In this document: positions 44,596-53,718 of the stretch, piece by piece
Layout: every line of letters begins with the position of its first letter
Numbering within the stretch: position 1 is the stretch's first letter
DNA from: Euglena gracilis
Lineage: Eukaryota
Length of the DNA: 53,718 bases
Assembly (NCBI GenBank): GCA_039621445.1
Contig: CP154954.1
Location: 34,755,737 to 34,809,454 of the forward strand
Direction of reading: 5' to 3'
Position numbers and translations under genes: made by a program
The notes under the pieces: generated by a model
Database searches by the model: none
Told to the model about the DNA's origin: nothing
The model's input: the letters and a program-made list of their open reading frames with translations, nothing else

Positions 44596-46618
44596 CAAGG
44601 ACAATGAATTTTGCCATCTGGACCACTAGGGTGGATATCCAAATTTGGCGGAAATTGGCCCAGATTTGGAAATAGAGTACCGTGCAGCGTGGAAAGATCT
44701 GATGAGCACCGCTGGTCGTCTGTTGAAAAGAGCTTTCGATTGAGGGGCAACTTGGTACCCTGACGTTGCACGCAGCCCGAGATACGCTCGCGATTGTCGG
44801 ATCGGCCATGCTCACCGAATTTTGCCAACGTTCAACTGACCCATTTCTGTAACCAACAAACCCATTTTCGCATTTTTTTTCACCGAAGGGACCCGCCTCA
44901 AGAGAAAACTCTTGGGTCCAATGACGATGAGGACACTGGGGGTTTCAGAGACCCCACATTGACGGGGGGTAGATCTGGCCTGGGGGGGGGGTTGTGGGCG
45001 GACCCTAGGGTCGGCCCACGGTCGCCAAAGGTCGCCAAAGGTCGCCCAAAGAGCCGTCCGGGAGACCCCCCTAGTGGGCCGACCCTAGGGTCGCCGGCTT
45101 AGGGTCGACTTAGGGTCGTGGGCCGACCCTAGGGTCGACTTAGGGTCGGCCCACCCCACGACCTCCCCCCCCCCTACAACCCTAGTGTCGACTTAGGGTC
45201 GGCCCACCCCACGCCCCCCCCCCCCCTGCAACCCTAGGGTCGACTTAGGGTCGGCCCACCCCACGACCCCCCCCCTGCAACCCTAGGCTGGGCAACAAAA
45301 GGGATTTGCCCCCCAAAACGGGTGGGTAGCACAAGGGATTTTGTTATTTTGGGGCCCTCGAACAGTTGGGCAACAAAAGGGATTTGCCCCCAAAAGGGGT
45401 GGGTAACACAAGGGATTTTGTTATTTTGGGGCCCTCGAACAGTTGGGCAACAAAAGGGATTTACCCCCCAGATCGGTTGGGTTACACAAGGGATTTGCCC
45501 CCCAAAACGGGTGGGTAACACAAGGGATTTTGTTATTTTGGGGCCCTCGAACAATTGGGCAACAAAAGGGATTTGCCTCCCAGATCGGTTGGGTTACACA
45601 AGGGATTTGCCCCCCAAAACGGGTGGGTAACACAAGGGATTTTGTTATTTTGGGGTCCTCGAACAGTTGGGCAACAAAAGGGATTTACCCCCCAGATCGG
45701 TTGGGTTACACAAGGGATTTGCCCCCCAAAACGGGTGGGTAACACAAGGGATATTGTTATTTTTGGGCCCTCGAACAGTTGGGCAACAAAAGGGATTTAA
45801 ACGGGTGGGTAACACAAGGGATTTTGTTATTTTGGGGCCCCCGAACAGTTGGGCAACAAAAGAGATTTTCCCCCCTAATCAGTTGGGTTACACAAGGGAT
45901 TTGACCCCCAAAACGGGTGGGTAACACAAGGGATTTTGTTATTTTGGGGCCCTCGAACAGTTGGGCAACAAAAGGGATTTAAACGGGTGGGTAACACAAG
46001 GGATTTTGTTATTTTGGGGCCCTCGAACAGTTGGGCAACAAAAGGGATTTGCCTCCCAGATCGGTTGGGTTACACAAGGGATTTGCCCCCCAAAACGGGT
46101 GGGTAACACAAGGGATTTTGTTATTTTGGGGTCCTCGAACAGTTGGGCAACAAAAGGGATTTACCCCCCAGATCGGTTGGGTTACACAAGGGATTTGCCC
46201 CCCAAAAGGGGTGGGTAACACAAGGGATTTTGTTATTTTTGGGCCCTCGAACAGTTGGGCAACAAAAGGGATTTAAACGGGTGGGTAACACAAGGGATTT
46301 TGTTATTTTGGGGCCCCCGAACAGTTGGGCAACAAAAGAGATTTTCCCCCCTAATCAGTTGGGTTACACAAGGGATTTGACCCCCAAAACGGGTGGGTAA
46401 CACAAGGGATTTTGTTATTTTGGGGCCCTCGAACAGTTGGGCAACAAAAGGGATTTAAACGGGTGGGTAACACAAGGGATTTTGTTATTTTGGGGCCCTC
46501 GAACAGTTGGGCAACAAAAGGGATTTGCCTCCCAGATCGGTTGGGTTACACAAGGGATTTGCCCCCCAAAACGGGTGGGTAAACACAAGGGATTTTGTTA
46601 TTTTGGGGCCCCCGAATA

Positions 46619-46989
46619 CCGTGCCCCCCCTTCCCCCCCGAGCTATTCCCGTCCCCGGGACCCTTTACGGCCCAATGGGAACAGTACGGGGGGGGGAACA
46701 GCTCGTCGGGGGGGACCTAGGTCCCCCCCCCCCCGAGCTATTCCCATACCCGCCCCTCGGGCAACCCAAAAGGGGTCATTTTTGGCAACTTTTTTGGATG
46801 TTCGCAAAAAAATGGTCAATTTCGTGCACATTTGCCAAAAGGTGATTTTTGAAAATGGTCCAAAACGTCGATTTTTGACCACTTTCTCAGGAAGTTCTTT
46901 ATAAAACGTGCTATGACAGTGAGCTATTCCCGTACCCCCAATGGGAATAGCTCGGGGGGGGGGGAATAGCTCGGGGGGGGGGGGCACGG
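46619..46989. mobile_element. TA-TSD MITE (GAGCTATTCC family) in the satellite
   Basis: TA|CCGTGCCCC...GGGGCACGG|TA. Confidence 0.9.
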
Positions 46990-47866
46990 TAGTTGGGCAA
47001 CAAAAGGGATTTACCCCCCAGGTCAGTGGGCAACAAAAGGGATTTACCACCCAGGTCAGTGGGCAACAAAAGGGATTTACCCCCCAAAAGGGGTGGGTAA
47101 CACAAGGGATTTTGTTATTTTTGGGGCCCTCGAACAGTTGGGCAACAAAAGGGATTTGCCCCCCTAATCAGTTGGGTTACACAAGGGATTTGCCCCCCAA
47201 AACGGGTGGGTAACACAAGGGATTTTGTTATTTTGGGGCCCTCGAACAGTTGGGCAACAAAAGGGATTTGCCCCCCAGATCGGTTGGGTTACACAAGGGA
47301 TTTGCCCCCCAAAAGGGGTGGGTAACACAAGGGATTTTGTTATTTTTGGGCCCTCGAACAGTTGGGCAACAAAAGGGAGTTGCCCCCCAGATCGGTTGGG
47401 TTACACAAGGGATTTGCCCCCCAAAACGGGTGGATAACACAAGGGATTTTGTTATTTTGGGGCCCTCGAACAGTTGGGCAACAAAAGGGATTTTCCCCCC
47501 TAATCAGTTGGGTTACACAAGGGATTTGCCCCCCAAAACGGGTGGGTAACACAAGGGATTTTGTTATTTTGGGGCCCTCGAACAGTTGGGCAACAAAAGG
47601 GATTTGCCCCCCAGATCGGTTGGGTTACACAAGGGATTTGCCCCCCAAAACGGGTGGGTAACACAAGGGATTTTGTTATTTTTGGGCCCTCGAACAGTTG
47701 GGCAACAAAAGGGAGTTGCCCCCCAGATCGGTTGGGTTACACAAGGGATTTGCCCCCCAGAACGGGTGGATAACACAAGGGATTTTGTTATTTTGGGGCC
47801 CTCGAACAGTTGGGCAACAAAAGGGATTTTCCCCCCTAATCAGTTGGGTTACACAAGGGATTTGCC

Positions 47867-49325
47867 GGCTCATTGCGGGAAATTGGTGATGGATTTTTTG
47901 GTGGTCGCTAGCGACTAGTCGCTAGCGACTGTTGGTGATGGCCTAGCGACCATTGGTGGTCGGGCCGACTAGTCGGCCCGACCACCAATTTTAAGTCCAT
48001 CCCCCCCCTCTAAAAATTTTTTAAGCCCCCCCCCTCCAAATTTTTTTCATTCAAATATGAAGGAAAACCACTCGAAACCCACCCAAATGCCTTCAGAAAC
48101 CCCCATTCGGGGGTCCATTTGCAAAAAAAATTGGGTAATATCTTCTTTTTGCGCCAGTTCTGTGAAAGTTGTCTTTGTCCAGGAGTTCAGTTGGACGGGT
48201 GGGGGTGCGAAGGGGGGGGGGGGTGACCCCCCCCGGAGAAGGCTGCAGTAGGAGGGCCAAATTGTGCTCCCGAAGGAACCCCGATATGCGAACTTAGTCG
48301 GCCCACGCGCACTGTAAACAAAAGCCAGGCGCGCACTGTAAACAAAACAGTCCTAAGGCGCCTTGGCGCCCTTGGTCGTCTAGCGGGGGGGGGGGGGGCT
48401 GCCGCCCCCCCCACCCCCACGCACCCCCGCCAACCCCCTCCAATAACCACATCCCCTCCGGGACGTAACCAACCCCAGGGCCACTCCCCCATCTTATTCC
48501 ACCCCCACTGTATACATAACAGTCCTAAGTCGCCTTCGGCGCCCTTGGTCGTCTAGCGGGGGGGGGGGGGCTGCCGCCCCCCCCCCCCCCCCCCCCGCCC
48601 CCCCCCCGCCCTCCAATAACAAAATCCCCTCCGGGGGGTAACCGACCCAAGGGCCAGGCGCGCATGTTATGCCACGCGCACCGTAAACAAAACAGTCCTA
48701 AGGCGCCTTCGGCGCCCTTGGTCGTCTAGCGGGGGGGGGGGGGGCTGCCGCCCCCCCCCCGCACCCCCCCCCCCCGCCCTCCAATAGCAAAATCCCCTCC
48801 GGGGGGTAACCGACCCAGGGCCAGGCGCGCATGTAATGCCACGCGCACCGTAAACAAAACAGTCCTAAGGCGCCTTCGGCGCCCTTGGTCGTCTAGCGGG
48901 GGGGGGCTGCCGCCCCTCCCCCGCACCCCCCCACCCTCCAATAACAAAATCCCCTTGTGTGTGCAGGACAAAGACAACTTTCACAGAACTGGCGCAAAAA
49001 GAAGATATTACCCAAAATTTTTTGCAGATGGACCCCCGAATGGGGGTTTCTGAAGGCATTTGGGTGGGTTTCGAGTCATTTTCCTTCATATTTGAATGAA
49101 TTTTTTTTGGAGGGGGGGGGGGCTTAAAAACTTTTTTAGAGGGGAGGGTGGACTTAAAATTGGTGGTCGTTAGCGACAGGTCGCCAGCGACTAGTCGCTA
49201 GCGACCCTATCACCAATGGTCGCTAGCGACTAGTCGCTAGAAAATGGTCGCTAGCGACCATGGTCGCTAGCGACTAGTCGCTAGCGACCACCAAAAAGTC
49301 CATCACCAATTTCTCGCTCGGGGCC
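47867..49325. mobile_element. MULE-like MITE, 9-bp TSD GGATTTGCC, with nested long inverted repeats
   Basis: AAATTGGTGATGGA..GTCGCTAGCGAC inverted ends; ~47970-48180 mirrors ~48965-49170. Confidence 0.85.
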
Positions 49326-51393
49326 GGATTTGCCCCCCAAAACGGGTGGGTAACACAAGGGATTTTGTTATTTTGGGGCCCCCGAACAGTTGGGCAACAA
49401 AAGGGATTTGCCCCCCTAATCAGTTGGGTTACACAAGGGATTTGCCCCCCAAAACGGGTGGGTAACACAAGGGATTTTGTTATTTTGGCGCGCCCGAACA
49501 GTTGGGCAACAAAAGGGATTTGCCCCCCAGATCAGTGGGCAACAAAAGGGATTTGCCCCCAAAAGGGGTGGGTAACACAAGGAATATTGTTATTTTGGGG
49601 CCCTCGAACAGTTGGGCAACAAAAGGGATTTGCCCCCCAGATCGGTTGGGTTACACAAGGGATTTGCCCCCCAAAACGGGTGGGTAACACAAAGGATTTT
49701 GTTATTTTGGGGCCCTCGAACAGTTGGGCAACAAAAGGGATTTGCCCCCCAGATCGGTTGGGTTACACAAGGGATTTTCCCCCCAAAAGGGGTGGGTAAC
49801 ACAAGGGATATTGTTATTTTGGGGCCCCCGAACAGTTGGGCAACAAAAGGGATTTGCCCCCCAGATCGGTTGGGTTACACAAGGGATTTGCCCCCAAAAG
49901 GGGTGGGTAACACAAGGGATATTGTTATTTTGGGGCCCCCGAACAGTTGGGCAACAAAAGGGATTTGCCCCCCAGATCGGTTGGGTTACACAAGGGATTT
50001 TCCCCCCAAAAGGGGTGGGTAACACAAGGGATATTGTTATTTTGGGGCCCCCGAACAGTTGGGCAACAAAAGGGATTTACCCCCCAGATCAGTGGGCAAC
50101 AAAAGGGATTTACCCCCCAGATCAGTGGGCAACAAAAGGGATTTGCCCCCCAGATCGGTTGGGTTACACAAGGAATTTTCCCCCCAAAAGGGGTGGGTAA
50201 CACAAAGGATTTTGTTATTTTGGGGCCCCCGAACAGTTGGGCAACAAAAGGGATTTGTCCCCCCAAATCAGTTGGGTTACACAAGGGATTTGCCCCCCAA
50301 AACGGGTGGGTAACACAAGGGATATTGTTATTTTGGCGCGCCTGAACAGTTGGGCAACAAAAGGGATTTGCCTCCCAGATCGGTTGGGTTACACAAGGGA
50401 TTTTCCCCCCAAAAGGGGTGGGTAACACAAAGGATTTTGTTATTTTGGCGCGCCCGAACAGTTGGGCAACAAAAGGGATTTGCCCCCCAGATCGGTTGGG
50501 TTACACAAGGGGTTTGCCCCCCAAAACGGGTGGGTAACACAAAGGATTTTGTTATTTTGGGGCCCTCGAACAGTTGGGCAACAAAAGGGATTTGCCCCCC
50601 AGATCGGTTGGGTTACACAAGGGATTTTCCCCCCAAAAGGGGTGGGTAACACAAGGGATATTGTTATTTTGGGGCCCCCGAACAGTTGGGCAACAAAAGG
50701 GATTTGCCCCCCAGATCGGTTGGGTTACACAAGGGATTTGCCCCCAAAAGGGGTGGGTAACACAAGGGATATTGTTATTTTGGGGCCCCCGAACAGTTGG
50801 GCAACAAAAGGGATTTGCCCCCCAGATCGGTTGGGTTACACAAGGGATTTTCCCCCCAAAAGGGGTGGGTAACACAAGGGATATTGTTATTTTGGGGCCC
50901 CCGAACAGTTGGGCAACAAAAGGGATTTACCCCCCAGATCAGTGGGCAACAAAAGGGATTTACCCCCCAGATCAGTGGGCAACAAAAGGGATTTGCCCCC
51001 CAGATCGGTTGGGTTACACAAGGAATTTTCCCCCCAAAAGGGGTGGGTAACACAAAGGATTTTGTTATTTTGGGGCCCCCGAACAGTTGGGCAACAAAAG
51101 GGATTTGTCCCCCCAAATCAGTTGGGTTACACAAGGGATTTGCCCCCCAAAACGGGTGGGTAACACAAGGGATATTGTTATTTTGGCGCGCCCGAACAGT
51201 TGGGCAACAAAAGGGATTTGCCTCCCAGATCGGTTGGGTTACACAAGGGATTTTCCCCCCAAAAGGGGTGGGTAACACAAAGGATTTTGTTATTTTGGGG
51301 CCCTCGAACAGTTGGGCAACAAAAGGGATTTGCCCCCCAGATCGGTTGGGTTACACAAGGGATTTTCCCCCCAAAAGGGGTGGGTAACACAAG

Positions 51394-52495
51394 CAGGCAC
51401 CTATGGCCGACCAGGGCCGACCAGGGCCGACCAGGGCCGACCAGGGCCGACCAGGGCCGACTATGATTTTCAGGACCCCCGTAGGTGGGGGTTCCGACCA
51501 GGGCCGACCAGGGCCGACCAGGGCCGACCAGGGCCGACCAGGGCCGACTTGCATGTGGTTGACCGACCGAAGGGGAATGGATGAAGGAATTCGGCAGCTT
51601 TCCCTCTGGACCAAGCACCTCTGATGATGCTGGGCGGTGCTGGGCGATGCAGGACGATGCTGGCCCGGCAGCATTGACCGCGGGTTACCGCGGGTTTCAG
51701 GACTGTCATAGGTGGGTTGCCGACCGCAGCCGACCGCAGCCGACCGCAGCCGACCGCAGCCGATCGCGCAACTTTTTTCTGATTGATGTCATTTTTTCAG
51801 TGAGAATGAGGAATTTTATCCCAGATTTTGAGATTCTTCTGGCTCGTCTGGCTCATGTTGTCATTTTTGGCTACTTTTGGCCACTTTTGGCCATTTTAGG
51901 TCGCTTTTGTCCCCTTTTGGCCCATTTGTCACCACAATTCACCAATTTTGACCCATTTTGACCATTTTTGGCCACTTTTTGCGCACTTCTTGTAATTTTG
52001 GGCTGTTTTGTCCTGCTCTGGGGCCATTTTTGACCATTTAAAGCCATTTTCGACCTTTTTTGTTATTTTGCCCATTTTTTTGGTCTCTTTTTGGTCCAAT
52101 TTGACCATTTTTGAGCATTTTGTGCCAGTATATTGTATATTTTGAAGAACTCAACCCATTTTTGGATAATTTCCCCACAAATCTCCAGTTTTACACCCAT
52201 TTTGGCCATTACGGATCAGTTTTTGTTAACTTGGGGGCCATTTGTCACTGATTTGGCAAATATTGGGCTAATTTGGGTCAATATGAGCATATTTTATGGC
52301 ATTTTGGCCATTTTACGCCCTTTTGGTAATTTTGGGTCATTTTTCACAGTCTTTTTTTCTGTGGCGGATACCCCCACCTATGGCCGACTATTTGCCGACC
52401 ATGGCCGACCAGGGCCGACCAGGGCCGACCAGGGCCGACCAGGGCCGACCAGGGCCGACCAGAGCACCAAAATGGGAAGTGACCATAGGTGCCTG
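51394..52495. mobile_element. hAT-like MITE, 8-bp TSD AACACAAG
   Basis: TIR CAGGCACCTATGG; CAGGGCCGAC 10-bp subterminal arrays. Confidence 0.9.
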
Positions 52496-53718
52496 AACAC
52501 AAGGGATATTGTTATTTTGCGGCCCCCGAACAGTTGGGCAACAAAAGGGATTTACCCCCCAGATCAGTGGGCAACAAAAGGGATTTACCCCCCAGATCAG
52601 TGGGCAACAAAAGGGATTTGCCCCCCAGGTCGGTTGGGTTACACAAGGGATTTTCCCCCCAAAAGGGGTGGGTAACACAAAGGATTTTGTTATTTTGGGG
52701 CCCTCGAACAGTTGGGCAACAAAAGGGATTTGTCCCCCCAAATCAGTTGGGTTACACAAGGGATTTGCCCCCCAAAACGGGTGGGTAACACAAGGAATTT
52801 TGTTATTTTGGGGCCTGAAAATTTCTTTTTTTTTCTTTGGAGGGGGGGGGAGGTCGTGGGGTGGGCCGACCCTAAGTCGACCCTAGGGTCGGCCCACAAG
52901 GGTTTCTAGGGTCGCCACCCACCCCACAGCCTGGGGGGGGTCGACCATAGCGACCTTTGGCGACCTTTGGCGACCGTGGGCCGACCCTAGGGTCGGCCCA
53001 CAACCCCCCCCCCCCAGGCCAGATCCGGGAGCCCCACATTGACACGTAACCAAGGCAGGAATCCCACTCCCCTGGTCACAAGTAAGGGGCACCATAGCTG
53101 ACATTGTTGGTTATGGTGAACGGAGAGTGACGCCTTGGTCATGCATTTTTTTTTTAACCAAAAATGCCTTCATTTCAGCTCTTTTTGGTGATTTTGGTTT
53201 AATTTTGGGTTTTACTGTTGGAAATTTGTCCAAGCCTTTTTCCATTAAGAATGTCACAAACTCAGCGCATTTTTTGCGCATTTTTGTGCATTTTTTCCGT
53301 CCAGTGCATCCCTCCCCTGGATATTTTCCCCGGCGAGGATGGTGCCCCCCTCCAGTTTTTCGCTTCTGGCCCAGTTTGTGTGATGCCCCCCCCGGTACTT
53401 GTTCGCTACTTGACCGCCACCTAAATTTTTACAAGTTGGTTCAGGTTATTTTGAAGAGATAGGGTTTGGGCAACGCGGTCATGTTGTGCAACATGGCCAT
53501 GTTGCCCTAACCCAACTCCTTCAAATAACCCCATAATCACCCATTTAGGTGGCAGTCGAGCAGCAAACAAGTACCCCCCCCCCCTTGTCGTGGCAGGAGG
53601 GACACACAGGATTGTTTCTGAAAAGGGGGAACAGGGAAACATGCGTCCAGTCCAAGAAATCAACGCATCCCCACAATCGGCAGGTGCTAAAGTAATGGCA
53701 ACCGGGCACTGTGGTTTT

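Larger units (their letters stand above)
45289..52815 (+). repeat. 112-bp composite satellite with higher-order repeats, interrupted by three MITEs
   Basis: GGGCAACAAAAGGGATTT, GGGTTACACAAGGGATTT and GGGTAACACAAGGGATTT subunits; repeated ORF offsets of 112, 336, 476 and 850 bp. Confidence 0.95.
44964..53033. mobile_element. MULE-like element (family of 20271-21440, reversed) expanded to 8 kb
   Basis: Ends GGGGGGTAGATCTGGCC and GGCCAGATCCGGGAGCC; CCACATTGAC duplicated at 44954-44963 and 53034-53043. Confidence 0.85.

Noticed and set aside
45090-45255. Telomeric TTAGGG repeats
   Set aside because: These are isolated hexamers within the GACTTAGGGTC subterminal repeats of the MULE-like element, not a tandem array.
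45234-52909. Many similar short ORFs (MGNKRDLPP..., WVTQGI...)
   Set aside because: They are translations of the satellite unit.

Overview
Repeat-dense eukaryotic nuclear DNA, very probably from a euglenid: it carries an exact copy of the 26-nt Euglena-type spliced leader at 33963-33988 (minus strand). From about 9.9 to 34.5 kb lies a head-to-tail, mostly minus-strand array of CRE/SLACS-clade non-LTR retrotransposons (RT plus restriction-like endonuclease) whose junctions share a TCATCA core. One copy (25895-33990) is full length, begins with the spliced leader and has a 12-bp TSD. It encodes a now-decayed polyprotein in which four T2A-like StopGo motifs bracket a Dam-type N6-adenine methyltransferase upstream of the RT. 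Two other copies have been rearranged by in-place inversions and by a precise excision and inverted reinsertion. The first coding exon of an SmB gene lies at 36598-36704. The rest is nested MITEs (TA, 4-bp, 7-8-bp and 9-10-bp TSD classes), a Gag relic, a possible tyrosine recombinase plus PHD relic, and a 112-bp satellite grown inside a MULE-type element. All calls were made by eye, no database searches were run, and element edges may be off by a few bases.
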